Shown: positions 24,454 through 37,049 of the stretch, one piece after another
Numbering within the stretch: position 1 is the first letter of the stretch
Layout of the letters: every line of letters starts with the position of its first letter
DNA from: Paraspadella gotoi
Taxonomy: Eukaryota; Animalia; Chaetognatha
Direction of reading: 5' to 3'
DNA length: 64,000 nucleotides
Assembly: GCA_051294375.1 (NCBI GenBank)
Contig: JBJCIZ010000239.1
Span: forward strand, 2,803,476-2,867,475
Made by a program: the position numbers and the translations under genes
The notes under the pieces: generated by a model
Databases searched by the model: none
What the model was told of the DNA's origin: nothing
What the model saw: only the letters and a program-made list of their open reading frames with translations

Positions 24454-26270
24454 TCACCAAGTTCTAATCTTTGGCCATCGCGCCTTCAACATATCTTCGT
24501 TGGCGTCGGGTAGGACCTCGGTGACGACCCCAGTGCCGACGGTGACCCCTTGATTGCGCAGCGTGAATCTCGCGCCGAGCGGGAGAACCATCTTCTTCAT
24601 CAACATCAACTCCAACTGAGCGTCCTCGCCCGGCATGACCATCTCTTTGCCCTCGCTGGTTATCCTGACGTTGGCGCCGACGTTCCAGGTTCGAGAGTAC
24701 ATCATGAGCTGCAAGTCGGGAATGAAGGGCTCGCTGCTCCCGCCTTCCTCTTTGGTGAGGACGTAGACTTGGCCGAGGACGCGATTGATGATCTTGGCCG
24801 TGTTGGGTTTCGCGATGATCATTCCTCGTTTAACTTCGTCTCGTTTCACGCCTTTGATCAGGACGCCGGCTTGATCTCCCGCTTGAGCGGATTCCAGGGT
24901 TTGGTGAAACATTTCTAAGCCTGTCGAAGAAAAATAGGGGGGGGGGAAAATTCATTTTCAAAAGATGCGGGATAATTGGGTGCCTAAAACTTGCCAGCCA
25001 CTTGAGACTTGATGATCTGATTGTGACCCAGGATTTCGATTTTGTCGTCTTTCTTCAACGTTCCTGACTCTAAACGGCCAGAGACGACGGTGCCGCGGCC
25101 TTGGATGGAGTACGTCTGATACGATAAGTAATAATAAGTAAAAAAAAAATAACTAAATAGCAAATGCAGACATTATTTACATGCTCGATCTGCAGCATGG
25201 GCGGTTTGTCGAGATCGCGTTCGGGCGTGGGAATGTGTTCGTCGATGGCCTCGAGAAGCTTAAAGATCGAGTCGCGCCCGATGTCGTCCCGATTTCCTTC
25301 GAGGGCGCATCGAGCGGAGCCGACGACGACTGGAGTTTTCTCTCCGTCGTATCCGTACTCGTTCAAAAGTTCTCGAATCTCCATCTCTACCAGTTCGATC
25401 ATTTCATCGTCCGCCGAGTCCGCCTGGGATTTTACATTATACATCATTGTTATATAACAAACAAACTTATCAGCTATTTTTTAATCAAACACGACATGGA
25501 ACGAGGAGACGGCCCTCACCTTATTCATATAGACGACGAGATTGTCGATTCCGATCTGTTTAGCCAATAGGAGATGTTCCCGCGTTTGAGGCATGACTCC
25601 GTCGGTGGCGGCGAGAACCAAAATCGCTCCCTCCATTTGGTTCGCGCCGGTTATCATATTTTTAATGTAATCCGCGTGACCTGGAGAAAAAAAGGCAAGC
25701 TAATTATTTGCAAGGCAATCGCCAACGCAGCTAACGGTACTTAATCAAAATACTTTCAAACGTGTTTCCCAAAATGTTCTGAGAAAAACTGACCCGGACA
25801 ATCGACGTGCCCATAATGACGCGCGTCGGTCTGATATTCAATGTGAGCGGCGTTGATGGTGATGCCTCTCTTTCGCTCCTCCGGCGCGTTGTCGATCTCG
25901 GCGTACTCGCGAAACTTGGCCTTGTTGTCTTTGGCCAGGATCCGCGTGATGGCGGCCGTGAGGGTCGTCTTTCCGTGATCCACGTGACCTGTGGGTGTGA
26001 CAAGGAGAGGTCCGAGTGAGGCAGCAAATGGGTTTATTAATGCTTCTTGTCATCACCAATCGTGCCGACGTTAACGTGGGGCTTTGTCCGTTGAAAGACT
26101 TGCTTCTTTGCGGCCGGCGCGGCGTAGCCTCGTCCCTCCCGCGACCAGAGAAGCCCCAAGTACTTTGAGAAGAGGATAGAGTCACCGGAGAAGGCGGGCG
26201 AGGGATGCACGAGGCGCTTGCCGCAATTCATGGAGCGCAGCAAGTTGGAGGTAAGCATGGCTCCAGACAT
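24454..26270 (-). CDS. TUFM: Mitochondrial elongation factor Tu
   Basis: [58 protein letters not shown]...AGDQAG, MVMPGED; transit peptide; spliceosomal introns. Confidence 0.97.
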
Positions 26271-26523
26271 GATACTAATTACTATAACTAAAACGAGCTA
26301 TGAATAAAAAGGATTGTGGAAATGGGAGAAATAAATATTACACTGGCTTATATTCACCATTCACAATTGCCTACTTAAACCAAGAGTAGCATTAATTACT
26401 AAAACTGATAAATACAAACAAAATATCTATAAAAAAAAAAAATTATGAAATCCAGCATGGAAAGTGATACATTTCGAGAGAGGATCCAATAAAAACTAAG
26501 ACAAGTCCCTTTCAACGCCGTCG

Positions 26524-27069
26524 TCACAAGACGGCGCCGCCCTCGTCTTCCTCGGCGGAATCGGGCATAGGGTCGTCCACCTGAATGGAAACGATATGGT
26601 GACCGGGCACCATGGCCAATCCGAGGACGCGCGGCTCTTCCACGCGAGTCGAACGCAAAGTCTCCGTCGATCCGTCCGACGCATCCGATGAGAGCGGAGA
26701 GACCTGCGCCCGAGTCGAATAAGAATGTTTAATACTTTAATAACTCGGCTAATCAAAACTTTATTTTTAATTCATTCAAACATTCACCGATTTATTCTCC
26801 TTCCAAGAACTTTCCACGCGGCCGTAATTGAGATATTCGTGACAGGATCCGAGGATGACGTTGCAGGCTCTGTCGGTGCAGAGAAAGAGTCCGACGAGAG
26901 TCCGTCCGTCCGTCATCGTGATTTTCATGTTGCGATTTAATAACCGTCGGAGTTTCATCTTTCCTTCGCTTGGTTTCGACATAAAATCAGACTCGGTTTT
27001 GTCGCTACAATTCTGTTCCATAGTACTTTCCATAGTTTCCAAGTTACTTTCCGAGTTTTCCGAATTCAT
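26524..27069 (-). CDS. NAA38: NatC auxiliary subunit (LSMD1), Sm fold
   Basis: [38 protein letters not shown] and [21 protein letters not shown]. Confidence 0.93.
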
Positions 27070-27246
27070 TTTAACAATTAATAATTTGTCGAACACTTCA
27101 GTGTCTACACATTTCGCTACAATTAGCGTCTGGTGCTCATTTTTGTGCTTCGGTTGAGCGAACTTCAGATTTTAATCGCCCATTAGGTAGCATGCAGACT
27201 AGTTGAAAATTGAAAAACTATGAAATATAACAACAAAGCGTATAAA

Positions 27247-30032
27247 TCATAACAACAAAGGATCACAAAGTGCGACGGTATGATTGGTACCGCAGGCAAC
27301 TTGCTTCACGCTGGCGGGGAGCACCACTTTCATAGGAAAATACTGATTGTTCTCGTGACCGAGGCCGAGGCAGCCGAATCGATTGGCTCCCCAAGCGTAG
27401 AGCTCGCCAAAGTCGGCGTCGTCTCTTCCGCGGACATGATGCGCTTTCCTTTTGGGCACTCGGACGACCGCCGCAAAGTGGGACATCCCGGGCTGAAGAT
27501 CTTCCACGCGTACGTCAGGAGTTAAGGGAGTTTGGCCGAAAAGAGCCTCGGGAAGCATCTAATGACGATAAGAAGGAAAAAGGTTCGACCACCAGTCAAC
27601 GGAAAGACGAAAAAGACTCAAGAGAGTCATTACGATCCGCGTTTTTTTTTTTACCCGAGGTTCAGTCAAACTCTCCACGTTGGGTCCGAGACCCAAAATT
27701 CCGAAACCCCAAACAAAGACGCGACCGTCGACGTCGAGGACGGCGCAGGCGGAGGCCGACGCCGCCGCCGTCACGATCCGGCCGAGACCGCGGAAAGCCA
27801 GGCGGCGAGGGACGCTGACTTGAGTCGATGGTGTCACCACGCTTAGCTGATTGTATTCGGAGTTGCCCCAACTTGATGGTAAACGTTACAAGCTATTAAT
27901 ATTTAGATGTAGAATCGTAGATGTCTCGAAAATAATACGTCCCATCGGCTTACCCGAAAAGTTCGCCCTCTTCGGAAACTGCCAAAGCGCAGTCGGCCTT
28001 GCACGAGATCTTCTTAATGCGAGCTCCCTCCAAATCTCCCTTGACTCGAGTGGGCGTGGCGACGGTGCGATAATGGCCGAGTCCAGTTTGTCCGTCGGCG
28101 CCCCAACCGCACGAGTAGACGGCGCCGGCTTCGGTGAGGAACATCGTGTGATCCATTCCGCAAACGACTTGGACGACGCGGCCGTCGATGCCCTCAATCT
28201 GCGACGGAGATTTGGGGTCAGAGACCAGAGAGTTTTTTCTTAGAAATAAGTATTCACTTTTACTTTTAAGGAGATCACATAAAAGTGGCGGTCACAGAGA
28301 CGACAAGGGCAACAACGATGAAAACGACGACGACGACGACGAAGACGAAAACAACGACGAAGACAACGATTATTGCATCCCGGCCCCATCATAGTTTAAA
28401 ACCTCTTCAACCTTGTGAACGACTGAGTTTCCCCGGTAATTTTCGTTTTCGATTATCGTCCTTCCGCACTGTCCCTGCGCGTTGTTACCCAACGTGAAAA
28501 CTTCGCCTCGATCGGTGAGGACGGCAGAGTGAGATCGACCCGCAGCCGCCTGCGTCACGCGCGCGTCCTGGCCAAGCGGAAGCGTCACGTCTGTCGGTTC
28601 GAGCAGACGATCGATGACGCGTTCGGCGCCGGATTTTTTGTCAGTGACGCGGACGCATCCGAGTTGGGAGGAGAAGTTCAGTCCGGTGCCTATGACTGGA
28701 TAATTCAGAGGTACGTATTTATCTTTTTTTCTTCCTTTTTAATGTTAAATCATAAGTTATGACGAATTTAGAGAGATAAAATTCTCCTCTTTCCGTTAGC
28801 TTGGTCAGATCAGTCCTCGCTTACCGACCGTGAGCCTAACGGCCACGCTGGTTCTACGTACAGTTCATAGAAATCGTATATTGTGGCAGCAAGACTTAAA
28901 GCTGCCTCACTGCTGTCTGTCCTCAGCCTCGTCTCAATGGCTGAGCAGGCTAAATCATCTCATTCCATCCGTGCGTCCCGGGTTCAATCCCTGGGTATCC
29001 CGGTTCTGGCTTAAATGTGACGGTGCCGGTATAAACATGCCAGTGACAGGAGGCGGTCACTGAGGGTCCGCAGCCCCTATGCCAGTTGGTGAGATACACC
29101 GCGCCCCGGGTATCACAGGCTATCCTCCCGTTGCCATAATATCACGATAGGGATTGCAAATGAGTGATAAACAAAACGGTGAGAGTCTTGATTGAAAGCC
29201 TTCAATATTTATATCCAAAGGGATGAAGTCCTTATCACAACCATATCCTTTCCAAATTCAGGGGCAAACTAGCTAATTTATTTCACGAATGTATAATTAT
29301 AACATTGCAGTACCGATTTCATACTTATATACATACTGACAACGATAATAGCCTATATAGAAAAAGCACCTTTAGGATGTTTCGCCTTTCGCGAGTGATT
29401 AACGAAAAGTGTGAACCCGTGACCGGCGGCGACGCTGGCGATTCTCAGATCGTAAAAGTCGGGATGAGGAAGTCTGAAGGGCAGAGTGACGGTGTCCTGT
29501 GGCTCCGGTCGAGGAATCCGCTTCGCTTTCATCGCCCTTTGCGAAAACTCGCCCCGCGGCTTCGGTTTCCGAGGATGGAGAAAGTGGGCGGCGCCGAGAG
29601 CGCCCGTCTCTGTTCCTCCCCATACGTAGCTGAGGGACGACGAAGAACATGTCGCTTAAAATTGTGGATCAAAGAGCAGAAGCTCCAATAATAGGACTCT
29701 TACACTCTGGGCAAACGGCGTGACTTGGGATTGTAGTGCTGGAAAATGACAGACTCGTTGAGGGTTTTAAGTCTGTCGTCGGGATCGGAAGGATCGGAGC
29801 CGAGCGAGGGATCGAATGAGTATTTGACTTTGGGGTTCCCCGCGGACGGGCGAGAAAAGCTCGAAGGGTGAAGGGAGAAAGATCGAACCCGCGACGACGA
29901 AAGGTCAAAGTTTCTCGTTAAAGATTGGCCGCAAACGTAAGTCGTCGGGGGAATATTTTCGGGACTCCAACGCGCTAACGTTTTCGCCGCCAACAGTTTG
30001 TGGGCCGACTCGGCTAAAGCTTTCGAATTCAT
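27247..30032 (-). CDS. RCC1L: Mitochondrial RCC1-like protein (WBSCR16)
   Basis: VYVWGGTETGALG, GLNFSSQLG, AGRSHSAVLTD..VFTLGNNAQGQCGR, VYSCGWGADGQTGLG, VFVWGFGILGLGP, GCLGLGHENNQYFP. Confidence 0.92.
28930..29300 (+). mobile_element. tRNA-derived SINE-like element, antisense in an RCC1L intron
   Basis: A-box TGGCTGAGCAGG (28938), T-arm CCGGG-TTCAATC-CCTGG with B-box (28981); core shared with 52272-52372; 3' part matches the dispersed repeat at 62710-62950. Confidence 0.7.
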
Positions 30033-30715
30033 AGCTAATACACACAAATTTTTATTCAAAAACCAAGAAAACCACCAATTAACTATAAGATACGCATGAC
30101 GCTAAGGTTGAAAAGCGTATGCACGAAAGCAATTTCCTTCGATTGGACTTAGGATATACGCGGCCAGTGGCAACAGTCCGAAATATACCTTTTCTTTTAA
30201 AACTCCCGGAAGTACGGTCGAGCCGTGCGTGGCCGAGTTCAGTTAGCCTCATATCAGCTGCCCAAAGAAAATCGTGACTGTAGTCATGAACTGAAATTAA
30301 ATCCACAGTGAGTGAGCAAAAAAAATTAGGATAAAATTTTATTTTCAAAAGCTAGGTCGCATGTAAAGTACGCACTCAAAAAGCTTCACAAAACAGATCT
30401 AAAATTTCAATAAAAAAAAAGAACTTGCAGACAAAATTAATATTAAAGCTTTCGACATTACGATATTACACAGGAAGACAAGGCAAGGGAAAAGGCCTAC
30501 TAAAATTAAAAAATCTCTTTGTTTTAACTCGCAAAAATTGTTCTTTGGCGACTTCAATAAAAAGGTAGAAACAAAGGTTCCGAGTAAACTAGCAATGATT
30601 ACGGAATGAGGATTCGTGGCCTACAGTCAAAGATGAAAGGAGAACATTGAATAATACTACAGGAATGAATGCTACACGCTTCCTTTTCAAATCTCGAGAC
30701 CCCGAACATGTCAGG

Positions 30716-31266
30716 TTACACTCTCTTCTTGTAGAGGCGTTTGGCAACGATGTCGCCGCACTTGACGGTCGTGACGAGAGTGTTGCCGTCTTCGACGACA
30801 CGCTCGATCACGGTGTTGTTCTTTTCGTTGTCGGGATCCACTTGGTTGTGTATCATTTTTTCTCCTTGTCGAAAAAAAAGATAAGATGTAAAAAATCTGT
30901 TTTGAAAATTGAATTAAGAAATTGAGCTCACCTTCGAACGTAATGGTAGACTTGACGGTTCGATTGTCGGCCGTCTTCTCATCGAACTCGACGCCCTCCT
31001 TGAAGGCGACTTCCGTTGTTTTGAAAGTCGACGCAGTCACCATCTTCCAATTTTTCTCCTCATCCATCGACACGATGAAGTCTTCGTGAAGTAAAATAAT
31101 GGATTTATAGTTAAAGACCGAATGAGCTCATTACAATTTTAAACCGCCTACCGGGCTTGATATTATTTCCCATTTTACGCATTAAAAAACCGACTCCCAG
31201 ATGACACATGTATTCGTCAAAGCCTTCCTGAGAATCGAGCCCCCATGTTCCGAGAAGAGTAGACAT
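30716..31266 (-). CDS. Fatty acid-binding protein (iLBP family), 3 exons
   Basis: [31 protein letters not shown]; [28 protein letters not shown]; [12 protein letters not shown]. Confidence 0.93.
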
Positions 31267-31723
31267 GGTGTATATTTCGTAAGTCTATTATCTAAATTTT
31301 AAAATAAAACGAAAATACTGGAGAATAGACTAGTAAAATATACAGATTGGCACTTCAGGCGATTTTTACGTACAAGCGCCTTTTAAATCATCAACCATTT
31401 CAAAAACATTTAATATATGATATCCAAATTCTCCTTATAATTTTTAATATGATTAAAAGTTAGATGTCTAAATGTTTAATTCATCAACTTATCAAATACA
31501 TAAAGAGAAAATATTGCCCTTTCTAATACTACGTCTCCATTAAAATGAAATTCCACGTTGAGAAATGGTTTTTAAAAACTTAAAGCTGGTAATTATCACA
31601 GTTTTGCTACTAAAAAGGTCGACTGGTCACGTTATTTCCACAATCAAAATGCTCATCGGATTTTAGTCAATCGCCCCCTTTCATTCTTAAAGATTCATGG
31701 GCGCGCGGAGTTTGCGTTATAAC

Positions 31724-31738
31724 TTTTCCCGCCATTGG
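31724..31738 (-). promoter_or_regulatory. Candidate promoter motifs (E2F-like TTTTCCCGC adjacent to a CCAAT box) upstream of FABP
   Basis: ttttcccgccattgg within a CpG-rich patch of a 580-bp gap; motif match only. Confidence 0.3.
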
Positions 31739-31847
31739 TCGCGCTTCTCTTTGACTTCTTTCACCGAGTAATGTTTGATTTTAAAGCGCAAGAACCTCAA
31801 ATCTACGCAAAGCGGTCAACTTTCATATTTCAGGGTTGAACCATTCG

Positions 31848-34074
31848 TCAAGAAGTCCCATTTTTCTTGGCTTTCAAGGGTGCGAAGACTCTGGGTTTTT
31901 CTCGGGTCTCGTCACCGACGAAGGCGTCTTCGGGAGGCGGGACACAGCAATCGTTAGCGTTGATGTCGGAAGAGTGAACGTCGACGAACTTGCAGACGTC
32001 GTTGATGACGAGGTTGAACTGCGACGGTCGATCCGCGTAGACGTGATGCCCCGCCCCCTTTACTTCTTGAACGTCGACGTAAGAAGACTGTCGAAGCTGC
32101 TGAATATATCTTCCTGAGAAACAAGGAAAAAATACTAATTCCGCAATGACTAATGGGCTAATCTTTTTTTTTCTTGCAACCATTTCTTCAAAACCTCGAT
32201 TGCAAATTATTTTTTGAAACGAGTTTACTATTTCCAGGTAATTAGGCGACTATATTAGTATGAAAAACTTTAATTTACTCATTAAAACTTATTTATTAGC
32301 CAAAAAATATATTTGACAATAAAATTAACTGGCTTTTCCAAACCGCGACACTTTTTTTTTCCCATCATGGTACGTTGGACAGACAGACGGACAGAAAAGT
32401 AAAAAGAGCCAAGGATTAAGAAAGGAAGATTCTTACCAGTATCGCTGGTGATCCAAGATTTGGCCCCATAAACAAAAGTCATCGAAACTTTTTGATCCAG
32501 TTTTCCGATTCGGTGCACGAGAGGATATTTCGCGTAGCCGTAAGAAGCCAACAAAGTTTTGAAGGCGGCCTCCCCGCTCGGACTTTGCGCGTTCAAGTGA
32601 TAGATATAGTTAAAGACGGTATCGTCCTCGAACAACTGAGAATAGCGACGATGAAAATCCGGGCGAAATTTCTTGATCAGCGATGGACCCCACGGTCCGG
32701 CGCCGCGAACGGGGGCCAGCGGGTTGAAAGGCTTCAGAACGACTCGGAGGGCCTTGACCCAAAAGGGCCAGTCGCGCTCCAACTCCCGCTCCTTGGGCAT
32801 TTCCTGGACTCCCCAAGGGTCGACGAGGATGAGATGCTTGACTCTGTCCGGGTATTTCATGGCGTAGTTGGCGGCGACGTAGCCACCGAGACTGTGGCCC
32901 AAGAGGATGAAGGGCTTCTCGAGTTGTACCGCGTGACGCCACGACTCAACCGAGTCGACGAATTCGGCCTCGACGAGCGGCGCACTTTGGCAGAATGTCG
33001 GTCTGGATCCAAATCGATCGAAACTTAGTTAAAAACGATCAGATTTAAATATGGTCAATGGGTCATACCTAGAGGACAAACCGAAGCCGAGCAAATCGAA
33101 AGAGTAGACCGTCCTATCTTTGACGAGATCGTCCAAGTTCATCGCCCAGATGCCGCTGCCGCCTCCCATACCGTGGATGAGCACCAACGGCGTACCCTTA
33201 CAAGAGTTCACATCTTTTTGCTTCTCAACTTTTGTGGCGATTAGCGTCCAGATTCTGAGAAACGAAAAAAACGATTCGATTCATTTTCTTATCAGGGTGT
33301 GTCNNNNNNNNNNGAGAGAGAGAGAGAGAGAGAGAAGTGAAACTGAAATATAGAGAACGAAAGAGACAAGAGAAGCGAGACAGAAAGAGAGAAAGAGAGA
33401 AAGAGAGAAAGGGAGACAAAGAGAGAGAGAAAAAAGGGAGAGAAAGAAAAAAGAAGGGGTGAGAAAGAAAAAAGAAGACAAAAAAAGATAAAAGAAGCAA
33501 AGAGAGAGAGGTAAAGAAAAATAAGCAATCAGAGAAAAAGAAAAAGAGAGTTAAAAGCTATGTATAAGTAACATCTTACTAGTTATAGGCCTATCGTCTA
33601 GGAAATAGGCAAGAGTAGACCGATTGTTTTGTTTTCGTTATGAATTTTAATGAGTGACCTATACTTGTCGTTGCAAACGTTGACGAAGAATCTGTCGAGT
33701 TTCGCTCTGACAAGACGCAGCATCCGGGTCTCTGCCTGTAATAACTGATTCATCGAGGTGGGTCGCCACGAGTGGAGCCAGGGGAAGGGATTCAAGCGAG
33801 TGAACCAGGTGGAGGCCTTGCGCTCGGCGACCGCCGACGAGAAGGGGATTTTGTTCACCGAAGGAACGGATGAAGACGGCGGCGACCCTTTCGGAGGACA
33901 TGAGAGACTCTTGGGGGAGGGCGTTCCTGGGGTCGGGAGGGGGACGGTGATCTGAACCACCGGAGATCCTTGACTAGAATTCGAGTGAGTTTTTAAATCG
34001 TCGGGGGACGCGGGCGGAGAGGGATGGATGTCATGGGTGATGCCGACGTTTTGATTGGACGAATCGTCGGCCAT
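31848..34074 (-). CDS. ABHD4/ABHD5 (CGI-58) family hydrolase with catalytic Ser (GHSLG) and HX4D motif
   Basis: [70 protein letters not shown]. Confidence 0.92.
33304..33550. repeat. Assembly gap (10 N) followed by a GA-rich low-complexity tract in an ABHD intron
   Basis: N run at 33304-33313, then (GA)n and A/G-only sequence. Confidence 0.95.
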
Positions 34075-34355
34075 CGCTCTTGATTGGCCGATGGCATTGA
34101 GGTGGTTATTTATTTGCCATTAAAAAAAAACAAAAAAAACTTAACGTTTATGGTTTCAATAAACTGCGAAAAAAAAAGAGAATGGAACATAAAAACAAGG
34201 TTAAAAAAATAACAATTTCTTTCCCGTTTTGTTTATTAAATATTGGCTTTAATTTAGGACGACGCTAAATGAGAGACGAATCTTCCTTCCTTTTCGGGTA
34301 AATTGAGTTTTCAGAATGAGAAGTAAAAAATTAATCATTAATCAAATACCAAAAT

Positions 34356-35514
34356 TCAATCCATCAGCTGAAGAGTGTGAGGATCGGTGAATTTCGCGGT
34401 GAGGATGTAAAAAAGCGTCGGAACAGGGACAGCTACGAGGATTGGAAGGTAAGGAACGATGTTAGAAAACTGTTGGGAAACGTCGTTGGATTCGGATTGA
34501 ACTCGAGCCACCAAAATGGTAATGATTCCGAAAGCGTGAGCCAACCTGACATGAAATAGGAGATAATGAGTTTTCTCATCCCCACAAGTAAACGTGCGTC
34601 GATTCATACCAATGAGCGAAAACAATGGCGATATATCTGGGAGTCTTGACCGACTCGAGGACGAGCGTCTTGAGATTTTGTTCACGGTCCATGTGACTTA
34701 TCGCAGTGAAATGAACGGCGATGGTGACGAGCGACAGAAGCAGCGTCAAATAGGGATAACAGAAGTAGATGAGTCCTCCACCGGCGGCATGGATCACGAT
34801 CAGGATGGGATAGAAATAACTGTAACAAATGGTCAGGCTAGCAGTTGTTACTTTAAAGCAAAACAAATGACATTACATTAGTTAACAAAATATAACTCAC
34901 AGAGCCGCATAAATCGATTTTCTTCCTTTTCCCAGGACGAAGCAAGACGAGATGAAGGGACGAAACAAAAGAAGAAAGACCAGACAGAATCCGTAAAATA
35001 TCAAAACGATGGAATAGAGAGGATAGACTCGTTCGTGGGTGCAATGAAGCGTCTCGTAGTGAGAAGCCAAGTTATTGGTGATGTTGTAGGGATTGTGGAA
35101 CATCGTGTACCAGTCTTGCAGTTTGTTGGGGCGACAAGACGTGAGAGAGACTCGGCCGATCGGGTCGAAGAGAAGTAGGGTTACGACGGCGGCGGCGGCG
35201 CTCTCGAGAAAGGCGCTCGCGTGCAGCAGCAGCAGATAGGGAGTCTTTTTAGGGTTCGTGTATTCAACGTAAAAGCAATTGAGTGTGAAGCTCACGCCAG
35301 CCATGAAAAGTAGGAATAACCAATCGTAGAGATCGGGAGCGTCCTCGCACCTCACGCATTCCGAACACGAATTGGCGGGAAGGTCGTTGCGGTACATGCC
35401 CCGCAAGCAAGATCCGCAATCGCTCCAAACTCCATCACTCAAAGTTCGACCGCAATATGAACCGGGACATCGGGGAAGTTTACCCCATCCATTGTCACAG
35501 TTAATAGTATCCAT
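34356..35514 (-). CDS. JKAMP: JNK1/MAPK8-associated membrane protein
   Basis: CPGSYCGR, CGSCLRG, PDLYDWLFLLFM, LQDWYTMFHNP, HCTHERVYPLY, KSIYAALYFYP, VPVPTLFYILTAKFTDP. Confidence 0.93.
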
Positions 35515-35710
35515 TTTCACGATGGATCCCACCTTACTTGTTTGACATTACGCTAGATTAGATTTTTTTAATATCGTCCCAACTTTATAAATAATTTTTT
35601 TTTGTTATACGAAGTTTTATATTGTGAAATTTATCTGGGTCAACAGCAAAATCAATGAAAAAGTTAAGTTAACAGATGAAAACAATAATTCCGCATTATT
35701 CATTTAATCA

Positions 35711-36539
35711 TCAGTGTTTATAAAATATCCGACCACCAAAAGTTTCTTCCTTGCTAACTGTGCGTCCGAGATTTCCGACCACTCCTTCCGGAAGCCTCTC
35801 CAGTCGAGTTTTCGTCACTTCCATCGCGACCCCCTCGGGGATGTTACGCTGAAGGTACTCTAGAAACGTATCGGCAGTGGATCCCGTGAGTCGGTTAAAC
35901 TTGAATGATCTGTTGACGGCGAATCAATTAGCTAATAGACGCTATAACTTTCCTTGTTATGAGAGAAATCAGCTCAGCTCACCTGTAATGCGTGTACCAT
36001 TCGTACTGAACTCGAATCTTTTTGTGCACGAAAGCGGATCTGAGCAGCGTTTTTCTTTCAGCTACTCTACAAGGCTCCTCGATCTGAACGGCGAGATCAA
36101 ATCCCTCCGATGCCATTTTGACGAATGACTCGAACGAGTCGAGAACTGGAGTTTCGTGGGCGAGACAAAGAATCTCGATGGAGCGATAGAGAACGTCGGG
36201 CTCTCCGTCTTCCTCGTAAAGATTCGCCGTATGAGCGAGACTTTGGAAATCGGAGGAGGAGGAGGAGAGGGGGGAGACGGAATTCCCAGTCTTCGAGTCG
36301 GAATCATCGAGGTCGTTGAGCGGCTCCGAAGCGCTCGATGCAGGGTTCGAGGCAGCGTTCGAATCTCGCTCCTGTTGGGCGTCATCATTCTCGACGCCGG
36401 TATTTTGCGTTTCAGACCTCAAAATCGGCGAGACAAGGAAAGCTCTTACGCCGTCTTTCAACCAACTTGTGTCTTGCCATGCGTTTCGGAGAAGCCCACG
36501 AGCGGGCACCCAAACGTTTTTCATCAAAATCAATGACAT
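35711..36539 (-). CDS. MRPS10: Mitochondrial ribosomal protein S10
   Basis: EPDVLYRSIEI..AHETPVLDSFESF, KTLLRSAFVHKKIRVQYE, LTGSTADTFLEYLQRNIPEGVAMEV. Confidence 0.93.
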
Positions 36540-37049
36540 CTGTTTAAACTAAAAAAAATATTTCGTAAAAATTTTAAAATTTTTAAAGCTAGACGAAAAA
36601 TTGTAATTTTTGTTCCACTATATCACATCAGAGTTGTTCTGTAAATAAATAGATATTATACAATTAAATAATCGGGCAGAAACTTCGGATGTGACCGACA
36701 AAGATAGAAGCGGAGAGAGAGAGAGCCTTCACAAAACTAATTTAAGATGTGTCACTGTATCAAATTCCTAATATGAATTCCTCATATTATAAAGCTCCCA
36801 AATCGTTCTCATCCTAGAAATATTTACGATTAACTATTAACGATAACTGATTGAGTATCTTCAGTCACTAACATAACTAACTTTTAAAATAAAATAAAAA
36901 TCTGCTATTTTATTGCTATCATAACTAACTTCCAGAATTTTCACGGATTAAACACACAAAATATTTCGTTTTCCTTTTACTCATTTGACAATAAAATTTA
37001 CAAAAGGCGTACGTTTCAATCAAGCGGAACAGTCAGTCAAGTTTGGAGA

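Noticed and set aside
24454-26270. EF-Tu as a sign of bacterial DNA or horizontal transfer
   Set aside because: Has a transit peptide and spliceosomal introns; ordinary nuclear TUFM
28295-28372. Acidic/Thr-rich ORFs on the + strand
   Set aside because: (GAC/AAC)n microsatellite inside an RCC1L intron
28930-29000. Functional tRNA gene
   Set aside because: Only the A/B boxes and T-arm are good; no convincing acceptor or anticodon stems, and it continues into repeat sequence
33225-33528. Hydrophobic F/L/S ORFs
   Set aside because: Translation of a GA/TC low-complexity tract next to an assembly gap
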